The notes: generated by a model not told the origin, from the sequence alone. A stretch of DNA of 63,951 bases, filler included, from Basidiobolus ranarum (GCA_040143965.1; 48 parts of 48 records of this genome joined end to end with filler, not necessarily neighbours in it), one strand, 5' to 3'. Shown: positions 12,431 through 25,413, numbered from the whole stretch's first letter. Translations and numbers: made by a program.

Positions 12431-13773
12431 ATTGATCTGGTGCATGCAAGTTATTTATCTAAGAATTTCCATTATCATGGCAAAATTCCCTACATTCTGT
12501 ATAATACAATTTCTGTTTGCATTTATTGTCCCAATTATTTCAATTATGTGTAATTGCATGGAAATTATATAGTAAACTGCATCAGCAGAGTTAATCATAG
12601 TTTGATCCAAATCAATTTATTTAGTGTACATATCAAAATGGCTCAATGCAGACTGCATTATGATTGATCACACTATAGGAAATTAACTTTGACATTTTAA
12701 TCAATAATATAAAAAGAACCTTAATTCTGATTGAAACCAATAAAATCTAACATCATAGATATATATGGTAGTTATATATCATGTCAAAACAGATTCTTCC
12801 TGATTCACAACCTACTTTGGTACAGGAAACCACCACTTCCAAAATGTTGCATGCAGTCAAATACAAGTGTGGGTGGTGCAAAGCAGTGCACACCTAATGA
12901 TTTTACAGATGGCCAGGTATTCAATATAAATTCTTATTTGGATATATGGGAGTTATTGATAAACTTGACAGAAGCTGGGGAAGCAGGCATTAGACAAAAG
13001 TGGAAGCAACTTTCAACTTGGCTTTGGAGAGAATACTATATCCATGCCTTTGGAATTTGTCACAATAAGAAACTGGTCAAGGACTGGGAACAATGACAAG
13101 AGGCTAGAAGGCAGGAAAGTACTTAAGTGTAGACCACAAGACAAGATAGGACTGGACAAGGAAGATACTTTGGCAAAAATCTTTTTGATAACTGGCATTG
13201 ACCAGACTGATGTCTGATCAAGGAATACATGGGGCTTATATAGATACTGCAAGGTGAAACATAATATACTGAATAGGGAATATANNNNNNNNNNNNNNNN
13301 NNNNNNNNNNNNNNNNNNNNNNNNNNNNTTAATTAATTAANNNNNNNNNNNNNNNNNNNNNNNNNNNNNNNNNNNNNNNNNNNNCCAGTTATCAATAAAG
13401 ATTCTTGCCAAAGTATCTTCCTTGTCCAGTCTTGTCTTGTCTTGTCTTGTGGTCTACACCCAAGTACTCTCCTGCCTTCTAGCCTCTTGTTGTTGTTCCC
13501 AGTCCTTGTCCAGTTCCTTATTGTGACAGTAATTTGCCATTTGAAAATCATAGTTTTGCAAAAATTGCAGCATATTGAATAATTCATGCCATATTTGAAG
13601 ATCAATATTTTAACATGTATGAATATCATCAAAATACTGTCAACAAGTCATCATCACACCATCAAAATCCCTGGCAGAATGCAAGCCACCAATATTGTGA
13701 TGATTCTCAGATGGTTTTGCTATTTTGGATGGTGGATCAAATCCAGATCAAACTGATTATATTTTTGTTAGGG

Positions 13774-14510
13774 CAGTAGTCCACTCATCATACTTACAGT
13801 AATGGAAGCAGCCTTGATCATTGAGGTGGAGAGTCCAATCAAATCTTAGCACCCAGGTGTTTCTTGGTTTTCTATACTTTTACCAGAGTTGATTGGCAAT
13901 TGTTCCTTGACATAAACCTGGTACAAGTTGAAAACACTTGTCAATCACATGACTTATAATCCTTCAATACCTAAGTTACCTTCATGTCCAAAGGGTTGTT
14001 TAGCTTTCACCAGTGATATTAAAAACCTGAAGTTGTGTACTGCTTGCACACAATTGGCAATCACTGAATCAGGTAAATATTGTTCATATTTGGCTCACAT
14101 ACCACTGATTTACCATCTTAAAGTTTTGATGAAACCACTCAAATATATATCATTGAGCTAACACCAGAGTACTCACCATAAAGCTGATGGTATTACCAAT
14201 ATACTTGATGGATATCACTGGACTTGTTCTCTGTGATAGTGCCAGATTGTGCTGTGTATATCATATTGGATAAAGTATTCTAAAATTTATGCGGCACAAT
14301 TAGGCACGATCCATCACCTGCTGGCATGATCAGTTTCAATCACATTTACTCTGATATATTGATCCAAGGTCCGATAAATCTTGGCACAATGGAACAAGTC
14401 CACTATTAGAATCAGAAAGGTCACGGTTTCTTTGAGAACACATATGATCATGCATTTGCATTGGCTCCGGATGGTTTCTCACCAAACAAATATCATGATG
14501 GAAAGGCTTG
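13774..14510 (+). mobile_element. CMC/EnSpm-like transposase fragment between terminus B (ends 13773) and terminus A (starts 14511) of other copies
   Basis: KLPSCPKGCLAF..CTAC motif; homologous to 61985-62535. Confidence 0.85.
14220..14401. mobile_element. 182-bp MITE, TIR GGACTTGTTC, TSD ACT
   Basis: 10-bp perfect TIR; ACT on both sides; empty site visible at 52451-52480 and 62411-62440. Confidence 0.92.
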
Positions 14511-14621
14511 CCCTAACAGAAATTTGAGGATTGTTATCGTAGGAAAACCGTCACAATTTTAGTCCATTTGGGATTGACCGTTTACTTACCGTCATAAAAT
14601 CGTCAAGTTAGATTTGATTTT
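14511..14621 (+). mobile_element. CMC/EnSpm-like terminus A (CCCTAACAGAAATTTGAGG…), CpG-intact copy
   Basis: Same boundary at 14984, 20295, 24773, ~33545 and ~46198 with different flanks; ACCGTCA subterminal repeats. Confidence 0.88.
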
Positions 14622-16749
14622 NNNNNNNNNNNNNNNNNNNNNNNNNNNNNNNNNNNNNNNNNNNNTTAATTAATTAANNNNNNNNNNNNNNNNNNNNNNN
14701 NNNNNNNNNNNNNNNNNNNNNTGACAAATTAGCATTCAAGTGGTAATTGTGTAAAATTTGAGTTATGTTTTTTGCACATGTGTTGATCCATAGTTCTCTG
14801 AGATTTTAGCCAATCATTTGCAACTATTTTGCAAGATCTTGAAATTTCACTCCTGAAACTGAAAAAATTGATTAAAATCAAATCTAACTTGACGATTTTA
14901 TGACGGTAAGTAAACGGTCAATCCCAAATGGATTAAAATTGTGACAGTTTTCCTATGATAACAATCCTCAAATTTCTGTTAGGGAATTGAATGGTCAATC
15001 CCATATGGATTAAAATTATGACAGTTTTCCTACAATAATAATCTTCAAATTTCTTTTAGAGAAAGTGGCTTCAGAAGAAGTACATTCAACTTAACATTCA
15101 GTCTAGTGTGGACTCTGCAGATATCTTGGATGAACTTAATACAGAGTGGCACAATTTTCCAGGGTATCCACCACATAGCCGGAATTATGTTGATGAAGCA
15201 ACGCTAATACAATGGTGGGCTTTGATAAAGATATTGATACAAACTCATGTTGGATATGAGCTAAATCTCGGGTATGAAGAACACTATAAAAATACTGAGG
15301 AGAATATATGAAAGAAATTAGTGATTTCAAAGGTTACAAATTAGCATTCAAGTGGTAAAGGTGGAAAATTTGAGTTACATTTTTTGCACCGGTGTTGATC
15401 CATAGTTCTTTTAGATTGTGGTCAATCAAGTACAATCATATTGCAAGATCTTGAAATCTCACTCCTGAAACTGAAAATGTAGATTAAAATCAAATCTTAC
15501 TTGACAATTTTGTGATGGTAAGTAAACCCTAAAAAAAAGCAAATTGATTTGATCCGGATCAGATCAACCCTCCAAAATAGCTAAACCATCAGAGAACCAT
15601 CATAATATTATTTGCTTGCATTCTGCAAGGGATTTTGATGGTGTGATGGTGGTTTCTTGTCAGTATCTTAATGGTGTTCATACATGTTAAAATATTGATC
15701 CTCAAATTTGGCATGCATTATTCAATATCCTGCAATTTTTGCAAAAATATAATTTTCAAATAGCAAATTACTGGGTTTACTGCTGTAGGAGTTCAACTTA
15801 ATATGCATGCCTTTATTTAGACATTTTAGACTTTGTATTCCAGCCATAATGAGAATCAAAAAATTCAAGAATCTTGTTGTGTTTAGTCTCTACATATGCA
15901 CATATTTGACTGATTAGACATAACTCAACAACATCAATATGCTTTACCAGCAAACTAANNNNNNNNNNNNNNNNNNNNNNNNNNNNNNNNNNNNNNNNNN
16001 NNTTAATTAATTAANNNNNNNNNNNNNNNNNNNNNNNNNNNNNNNNNNNNNNNNNNNNATAAAATTGCAATTACATCAGCTGTGGCTTAGATATTTGGTA
16101 CACATCAGCAGAGTATGATGATTGATGCATGTGCAAATTTTCAGTGCTTCTCATTGGCTAGATCCCGAGATATTGCCAATTTAAGCTGCTAAATAACAAT
16201 TTTGCTTAAAAAAAGTGGCTTAGCTGTTTTTCTTCATGCTTAGGTCAGAGATATTGCTTGTTCTAGACTTGACTCTAACTTGCCCAATAATGGTCCAATC
16301 AGAGTGATTCTTGATTCATTGGAAAGCTGTGGCTTAGCTGAGTTTGAATCTTGTAGTTTTGTGCATGTTTGGATAGTATTGATGCTGCTGTTGATGATCA
16401 AAATTTTGGTTTCTTCTGCTTTGCTCTTTTTCTGCAAGTTTCTTTCTTTAGCTAATAAAGGCTGATTTATGGATAACTTTTGCAATAAAGTGTTTGCATA
16501 AAATGCAACACTACACCAGCAAACCAAAAGACTCTGAATGTCAGAGCTGCTGTCACTTGCTATGATGATGAGTGGTTTAACATTTTTGAAGCTGTACCAA
16601 ATCTTGCCCAAAATCACCTGAATTTGAGTCAATTGTGGAAAAACCAAAAACAGGCATTACTCTGAAGGTTCTTGACTTATTTCATGTGGCTTATTCTGGG
16701 TTTTTGCAAGCAAATGGCAATTGGACTAGTATAGGCCTATTCATGAAAC

Positions 16750-17127
16750 TATTGGGAAAATATGGGCTGTTTGGAGGAACTTTAGAAAAGTGGAGTTGTG
16801 AATAGCTTTGTGAGATAATTGTTTATAGTCCAGAAATAAAGCATTTGTACTTTTTGGTAGAAATACAGAAAATTAACAATGGGGCTGTGTTCAGAACATT
16901 TGTAGGAGTGAAATGGGCTAACTCTGGGCCAATTTGGACAAGTTTGAAATTTCCATTATGGAATTGCTAATTCTCACATTATTCCCATACATATATAATA
17001 TATGTCATGTTTTTTAGCTAGGTGATATTTGACTAAGTAATGTTAACTAACTTTTTTGTGATTTATGAAGTAGTTAGATGTATAAAGATATAGATAATAA
17101 ATATGATAAAGACAATAAACCTTGACA
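16750..17127 (-). repeat. Copia 3' LTR family B (~378 bp)
   Basis: Follows RNase H end and PPT GAGTGGGAG; full copy at 20653-21030; partial copies at 9372-9461, 53413-53520 and 61394-61501. Confidence 0.85.
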
Positions 17128-17295
17128 CTCCCACTCAACTAAATATTCATATATCTTAATCCTAACTTAATTCTTAATTCTTCTAATTTTGGCTTGGGTA
17201 ATGGTTTGGTAAGGATGTCAGCAATCATGTCCTCAGTTGGACAGTACTCCAGTTGGATGTGCTTATTCTCAATAGCTTCCCTAACAAAGTGATGT
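17128..17295 (-). mobile_element. Copia RNase H C-terminus and PPT
   Basis: HHFVREAIENKHIQLEYCPTEDMIADILTKPLP. Confidence 0.9.
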
Positions 17296-17395
17296 NNNNN
17301 NNNNNNNNNNNNNNNNNNNNNNNNNNNNNNNNNNNNNNNTTAATTAATTAANNNNNNNNNNNNNNNNNNNNNNNNNNNNNNNNNNNNNNNNNNNN

Positions 17396-18632
17396 GCCAA
17401 CTGTGATAAAAGTGTTTAGGGGATTTGGCAGTATTTTGGACAAGATTTTGATATGTGAAATAGACACTTAAGTTTTAGTGAATTGCATACATCCTATTTA
17501 TAGCTTACTATGAAATAAGACTATTGGATGTGCTTAGATCATAACAAATGTGCCTGTTAAACATGGGTCAAAATTTGAGGTGATTTGAAGGACATTTGCA
17601 AAAATAGTGAAAATTGGTAAAAGTGATCTAATTGATATTTCTATCAATTAGAGCAATAAACATATGTTTTTGAATGACAGAATTGAGTACTAAATTTTCT
17701 GAAAATGAACAAACTAACTACTAAATAGTGAGTTACTATTTATCTAATTTCAACATTCCTACTCAACTAAATATTTTGTAATTCTCTTAAACCCTACTCA
17801 TATCTTAATAATTCAAATTGTGCTTTTGCTAAAGATTTAGTTAAGATGTCATCAACCATTTCTTCAGTAGGGCAATAGACAAGTTCAATTATATCATTTT
17901 CTATTGCTTCTCTAACAAAATGATGCTTAATTTCTATATGCTTTGTTCAAGCATGAAATGTTGGGTCTTTAGCTAATAAAATACAACTTTAATTATCTTT
18001 AAATACAGTAATAGCATGTTTTGCATTTATCCTAAGTCTAAAAATAACTTCCTTAACAACATAGGTTTCTGTGTAGTAGCAGATGCCATCATATATTCTG
18101 CTTCTGTAGTGGAAAGTGCCATAGTTGGTTGCTTCTTACTATTTGAAGTTATGGCTCCATTCCCATTGAAAAAAGTGTACCCAGTTGTTGATCCTCATTC
18201 ATCAAGGTTTCTTCCCCAGTCTGCATCAATGTAGCCTTCAAAATTTTGTGCATCAGGATTGGCAGATTAATCCAGAACTAGATGTACAATTCTTCTTGAA
18301 TACCTGCATATTCATTTTACTGCAGTTTTGTGCTTGAATTCTAGATTTTTGAGATGTTAGCTCACAATTACCACTGCCACAGCAATGTCTAGATGCATAC
18401 CAACCATTGTTTTAGGATATCTAGGTTGTATCTAGACTGATTCAGCATGTTTTTCTGACTGCATTTATCTCTCTTGATTTGGATTTCAAGAAAATGACTT
18501 AATTCACCCAGAGCAGTCATCTGAAATTGGCTTGATAAGTTGCTTTTTGTCTGATCAAGTGGTACTATGTCATTTGTGGCTATAATCACTAGAGCCAGAT
18601 AGAGTGCCAAGATAAGGATTCTATTTCTGGTT
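17396..18632 (-). mobile_element. Copia RT/RNase H remnant, PPT and partial LTR (17396-17755)
   Basis: DADWG..STTGYTF, ALSTTEAEYM and KHHFVREAIE motifs; GAGTAGGAA|TGTTGAAA junction. Confidence 0.88.
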
Positions 18633-18732
18633 NNNNNNNNNNNNNNNNNNNNNNNNNNNNNNNNNNNNNNNNNNNNTTAATTAATTAANNNNNNNNNNNN
18701 NNNNNNNNNNNNNNNNNNNNNNNNNNNNNNNN

Positions 18733-19969
18733 CAATAATACTGTGTATCTCCATCTATCTCACCAAGAAGTCTGTCTTGCTGCTTTCCTAAAAATACCGT
18801 CAGATTATCACACAAGCAAATTAGTCCAATTATAAAGGTACTTACTCTGTGTCCATGGATTGGGCTTTGGTGCTGTTATTGTGTGCAAACAATGCAAAAA
18901 CCCATGAGCACATTGAAAAGAGCGCTTTGTTGGCAGGTTAATATACTCTGGAGTCTCCTTAATCCAACACATTACATCCATCACTGATTTTGCTGATACA
19001 CTGTTAATCAGATTAGCATACAGTATACTAACAATTTCACATGGAGCATCATTTCACCGCAGGTGTGCTCCATTGGGAACTCCCAGAATGTATGACAAGG
19101 GCCTAGAATCTCTAAGCATTGTGAAAGATGCAGCAGAGAATGTATTCAATTCCTGCATAGATTCAATCTATCTTCTTGAAACCTGTAATAAAGTTTTTCA
19201 TATCCAGTTACAAATTCTTCACACAGTTGCTGTATCTGCCTGAGATCTGCCAATGTGATTTGATGCCGTAAGAATATATAAACAATATTGACAAACAACT
19301 CCCAATGTTGCCAACACTTATCCGGCAGAAATCTTTTCAAAATTCCACTTGAATATATACAAATCGAATACTTCCAGTCTTTGCATTGGAATAAATGCCT
19401 AGACAAGTGGATATTGATGGGAGTCTGGGTAAAATATTATGGTATCTTGACGTTTTCAAGCATTTTCCCAATTGATTCAAATTTGACCCTATCTCAAATG
19501 GCTCATTCAGACTGAATTTTCCACTATATAGCTGAGTAAGAAGTATTGGAATGTTGTTGAATAGTAGGTGCATGGTGCCTAATGGGAAGCTCTGGCTACG
19601 GCTGATCTCCTTTAGCAATATAATCTTAGACTTATGGCTAATACCAAGTTTGATGTTAGACTGACTATTTGATGAATTGCTATCAGTGATCATGTTGAAA
19701 TCTGACCAGGCTCTTGATGGTAAAGTCATGAAGTTTAGTATTGTATTTGGATAATAGTAATATGTATGCCTGTTAGTGTAAACTCCATTGATTTGACAAA
19801 ATCTACAGCAAGATAGTGCATTGTGCCTGCAAAAACCTCCAAGTTTACTGATGGCAGGAGTGTCACCAATACATATAACAATATTAGCTTTAATAAAATA
19901 ATCACCCATCTGAACCCCATTAGATAACCATTCAAATTCTGCAATCAAAGGCTCCAAGAATCTAGCTAT
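18733..19969 (-). mobile_element. CMC/EnSpm-like (Transposase_21/tnp2-type) transposase catalytic region
   Basis: CIGDTPAISKLGGFCRHNALSCCRFC, FPLGTMHLLFNNI, HSLLHLSQC..GPCHTFWEFPMEHTCG. Confidence 0.9.
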
Positions 19970-20295
19970 NNNNNNNNNNNNNNNNNNNNNNNNNNNNNNN
20001 NNNNNNNNNNNNNTTAATTAATTAANNNNNNNNNNNNNNNNNNNNNNNNNNNNNNNNNNNNNNNNNNNNTGAGTTACGTTTTTCGCACATGTGTTGATCC
20101 ATAGTTCTCTGAGATTTTAGCCAATCATTTGCAACTATTTTGCGAGATCTTGAAATTTCACTCCTGAAACTGAAAAAATTAATTAAAATCAAATCTAACT
20201 TGACGTTTTTATGACGGTAAGTAAACGGTCAACCCCAAATGGATTAAAATTGTGATGGTTTTCCTACGATAACAATCCTCAAATTTCTGTTAGGG

Positions 20296-21305
20296 TCCAC
20301 AAACCAATGTTTTTCATTTGTGAAATGTTGGGAGGCTCCAGAATCAATATACAACATCTGAGAATCCTTGCTGGTAGTTACAGATAGAGCAGATATGAGC
20401 AAGTGATCTTCTGTTGTAACCACATTTCCAGTTTCAGTACATTCTTCTTCTTTAGCAATTCTTTTGAAGCAATGTTTGCATAAATGGCCAGTTCTTTTAC
20501 AATAATCACAGAATGTGTTACTTTTCTTCTTAAAGTGCTTTCAATCTTTGTAGGAAGGTTTCCCATAGCCTATTAAAGCATCTTCTTCATTCTTTTGGTT
20601 GGATCCTGATTGGCATAAATCCTCTTCCAGAAGTCTGCCAAATACATAATTTTGTTGAAGTTCATTGTCTGTATCATATATGTTATCTCTATCTTTATAC
20701 ACCTAACTATTTTATATATGACATATAATTTGGTTAACATTAGTTCGTCAAATATCACTTAACTGCAAACTGAAACATATATTATATATATATGTGAATC
20801 ATGTGAGCATTAGCAATTCCATATTAGAAATTTCAAACTCATCCAAATTGTGCCAAAGATAGCTCATTTTACTCCCACAGATGTTCTGAACATGACCCCA
20901 GCATTTGTTTTCTGTATATGCACCAAAATGTATAAATGTTTCATTTCTGGACAATAAATATTTATCTCACAAAGCTATTCACTACTCAACTTTTCTGAAG
21001 TTCTTACAATCAGCTCATATTCTCCCAATAAATATTAGGTCGAATTTTTAGTTCTTGATTCTAGAGCCAATACTATGCTCTGCAACTTGTGTAGCAGGCT
21101 ATTCAGGACTGTAACTATAATATCTTGATCAGTGATAGGTACTCTAATGCATTCTATTTCATCCACTAAAATAGTGACTCTATTAATTTATGATATAATC
21201 TCTTCTCCTAGCTTCATCTTTAAGTTATAGAATTGTCACCTTAGAAACATCTTGTTGGCAGCAGAACTTGTTTGGTAGGTGTCTTCCAAGGCTTTCCATA
21301 CCTTC
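20296..21305 (-). mobile_element. Copia gag/protease remnant containing a solo LTR-B (20653-21030, TSD AATTT/AATAT)
   Basis: IDSGASQHFT protease motif; zinc-knuckle remnant; gag NKMFL motif. Confidence 0.85.
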
Positions 21306-21405
21306 NNNNNNNNNNNNNNNNNNNNNNNNNNNNNNNNNNNNNNNNNNNNTTAATTAATTAANNNNNNNNNNNNNNNNNNNNNNNNNNNNNNNNNNNNNNN
21401 NNNNN

Positions 21406-22641
21406 AATAAAACTGGGTTTGTCTTATCTGGCCTGAAGTAGATACTATAGTCAGCATTACTCTTTTGGAATTTGAGTGTTTCCAAAAAAGTGTCTATCTT
21501 GCTATTCCAAGCTCTTTGAGATTGTTTTAAGCCATAGAGTGTTTTCTGGAGTCTGCAAGCTTTTTTAGGGTTTTATGGGTCCACAAATCCATCTGGCTAT
21601 CTATATAGATCTCCTCAGCAAGTTTACCATTCAAAAAAGCAGCTTTAACATCCATTGGATGTATAATAAACTTATATTGGGCTGAAATTGCTAAAATCAA
21701 TCTAACTGTATGAAGCTTAGCTTCAGGAGCCAAGGTTTCTGTATAATCTATTCCTGGTGTTTGGGAATAGCCTTTGGCTCCTAGTCTAGCCTTAAATCTT
21801 TCTATATTGCCATCAGAGTTGTATTTAACTTTAAACACTCATTGGCAGCCAACTCATTTTCAATCATCAGCTAAGTTGGTTAAAATCCAAGTTTGATTAT
21901 CAATCAAAGCCAGGTACTCATCAGCCATTGCAGGTCTCCAAAATTTTGTGTGAAGACTATTCAGGGCCTGTTTTACAGTCTGGGGTTTATGTATTTTAGC
22001 TATGCAGGCATAGGCCCAATTTTGGGACTCATTGATATAGTAGTCAGGGCTATTCCTGATCCAATTAGATCTCCTGGTTTGGGAGAAAGGCACTACAACT
22101 TTTAGCATTCAATTGGGCACTTCAGTAGGTAACATTTTGGTTGAAGGGTCCACAGGAATGCTATTTTCTTCATTGCTTTGGTTTGAACCAATTTGAATGA
22201 TTGAATCAGGAGAAAATTGATTTGCCTCATCATCTGAGGCCATTTTGGGTGAATATTTTTCATTTTCATTAAACAAAACATCTGTGAACTTGATTATCTT
22301 TGAACCTTTGGTATCATAGAGTCTGTAGGCCTTAGTTTGAGTACAATAACCCTGAAGTATGCATTTTTTACTTCTGGGATCAAATTTAGGCCAATTTTTG
22401 GTCATAATTTTGTTCTATGCAATGCATCCAAAGATCCTCAAATGTTTTACATCAGTTGAACTCCAAACCAAGCTTGATATGGTGTAGAGTTAGACAAATT
22501 TCTAGTAAAACTCCTATTTTTCAGATGTACAGCTGAAACAACAGATTCCACCCAAAAGTTATGAGATAAATTTTGTGCATTAATCATAGATCTTGCCATT
22601 TTGATCATGGTCCTGTTAGCTCTTTCAGCAATTGCATTTTG
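21406..22641 (-). mobile_element. Copia integrase-RT remnant
   Basis: FKVKYNSDGNIERFKARL, MDVKAAFLNGKL, KFDPRSKKCIL. Confidence 0.93.
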
Positions 22642-24334
22642 NNNNNNNNNNNNNNNNNNNNNNNNNNNNNNNNNNNNNNNNNNNNTTAATTAATTAANNN
22701 NNNNNNNNNNNNNNNNNNNNNNNNNNNNNNNNNNNNNNNNNAGTCCCCATCTTGCACGTTAAAGAGTATCAGCCATGTTATACCTAACCCTACATACCTC
22801 GTACTAAACACCATCTCAAATCATCACCCCGTAAGTCACTGCGCTTTCCCCCCAAATCACATACAGAATCAACCTCCAATTCACATGATCGAAGGCCAAC
22901 ATTTATTGAACATGTGTCAATACATCTACCACCTGTATATTTATCAGCCTAGAAAACCACCCATTAGGTTTATTTAAAGTAGCAAAAGATAGGTATGGAC
23001 CATACTTCATTACCATCACATGTAAATTCACTTATTGACATAGGTCTGGATTCAATCCATGGAGGTTTGTTATTTGTTTTTCTTTTCGATTTCTACTAAT
23101 ACTGATTTAATCTATATACACTAGTCAATACTTCAAGTCTAGTCCGAAATTATCTATTTTCATTTCCAGATACATGATTGGTGGTTAACCTTTTCTTTCC
23201 AGGATCATGTGATGCCCGTCTGGATTAGGTCATCAATTTCATCAACGCGTAAGATATTCTATTGAAAGTTTTGACTAACATTTATTGATAATTTGGTTCC
23301 GCAGTGATACTTTACGACTGTAATTAATATGCTAAAATCTCAGTAAGTAATATAGTGCTATGGTTAAATCAGTGTCATCTTTCTGAAGAGTTCTAACGAT
23401 TACAATTGAATATCAATCAAACAAAGCGTCTTAAATTTATCAAAAATCTAACAGTGCTTCCAGATGTACCTTCATTTGTTTTCTTGAATAGATGGTCATT
23501 GATATAGTTCATTCAGCAGCATTACGCCTTTGAAAGATCTTACTAACATAATAAATGTAAAACTCTACTCATCATACTCTACTACCTGCTGCAACACAAC
23601 TAGCACCCAAAATGAACTTACTGATGAAGTATTTTGTGATTTTAACCCATATACTCTAACATTTAGGAGCCTGTTGGAAGTGGTTTGGAAAATTAGAGAA
23701 ATTGGTGGTTTTCACTTATTGAGTTGACACTTATACTTTTGTCATGATGTAAACAAACTAGCATGTAGAATGTGTTAAGGAAGTGTTGGAAAATCAATCT
23801 TTATTCAGCATCATAGTTAACTTTAGTTATGATACATATATCAGAAACAGAAAGCAACATATCTACAGCCCCTATATTCTAAATAGGAATATCTCTATAT
23901 CTATATAACAAGTATGTCTTATTACCCCCACTTATCTAATATATCTTATTACACAAACTCCTGAATATCTCAAACAANNNNNNNNNNNNNNNNNNNNNNN
24001 NNNNNNNNNNNNNNNNNNNNNTTAATTAATTAANNNNNNNNNNNNNNNNNNNNNNNNNNNNNNNNNNNNNNNNNNNNAGGCAAGCAAAAAGCCGCACAAA
24101 CACCGCATAGCACCCTCAGTAGTGTCACACTATAACGACGTACAAAAATAGTCAAAGTGCTTGAGGAGTATTTTAACATGTTTGAATACCATCAAAATGC
24201 CATCCAGAAACCACCATCAAAGCATCAAAATCCCTGGCAGAATGCAAGCCACCAATATTGTGAAAGTTCTCTGATAGTTTTGCTATTTTGAAGGATGGAT
24301 CCATTCCGGATCTAATCAATTTAGTTTTGTTAAG

Positions 24335-24772
24335 GGTCTGTGGCAAGCAACAGTTGCCTATAAACTATGGTAAAAGTGTAAGAAAACTAATAAACATCTG
24401 GTTTCTTAGATTAGATTGTACCCTAAACTCCTCAAAAATCAAAGCTGCTTCCTTCACTGCAAGTGTTAGGAGTCAACTAATGCTTGCCCACAACAAAGAG
24501 TCCATAACAAAACCATTGTCTGCTTCTTCAACTTCTGATATAGAACCATCAGTACTGGAACAACCAAGGTCAACATCTAGCAGCATGTTCTCAAAGATGT
24601 CTGGACTTACCAGTTTGACCACAGGTGCATTTCTATCTACATCATTCTGGTCATGTAACTGAGGTAACTCTACAGTATGTTGACTTTTGGCAATGTTACT
24701 AAAACTTTAAGGCACAGTACAGTCAGTGAACTCAGTGGGTAACACTAAAGTCTATTTAGTGCACTTATTACT
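24335..24772 (-). mobile_element. CMC/EnSpm-like transposase N-terminal fragment between terminus B and terminus A (24773-25313)
   Basis: Reverse complement of 61690-62130. Confidence 0.8.
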
Positions 24773-25413
24773 CTCTGACAGAAATTTGAGGATTGTTATC
24801 ATAGGAAAGCCATCACATTCTTAATCCATTTGGGATTGACTTTTTACTTACCATCATAAAATCATCAAGTTAGATTTGATTTTAATCAATTTTTCATTTT
24901 CATGAGTGAAATTTCAAGATCTTGCAAAGAAGCTGCACATGATTGGCTACAATCTTAGCTAACTATGGATCAATGCATGTGCAAAAAATGTAACTCAAAT
25001 TTTACACATTTACCACTTGAACACTAATTTGTCATCTTCAAAATCCCTAGTCTCTTTGATATATTCCTCTGAATATTCTTATAGAGTTCTTCATACCCAA
25101 AATTTAGCTCATACCCTACACAAGTTTGTATCAATATCCCCATCAAAGCCCACCATTGTATTAACATTGCTGAATCAACATTCTTCCAGCCATCTGGCAG
25201 ATACCCTGCAATATTGTGCCACTGTGTATTAAGTTCTTCCCAGATATCTGCATGGTCAACACCAGACTGAATGTCAAGTTGAATGTTCTTCTGAAGCCAC
25301 TTTCTGCATACTTNNNNNNNNNNNNNNNNNNNNNNNNNNNNNNNNNNNNNNNNNNNNTTAATTAATTAANNNNNNNNNNNNNNNNNNNNNNNNNNNNNNN
25401 NNNNNNNNNNNNN

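Noticed and set aside
14511-14520. CCCTAA as a telomere repeat, or CCCT as a piggyBac end
   Set aside because: Single unit only, always at the same element boundary; flanks are not TTAA; the enclosed transposase has CMC motifs
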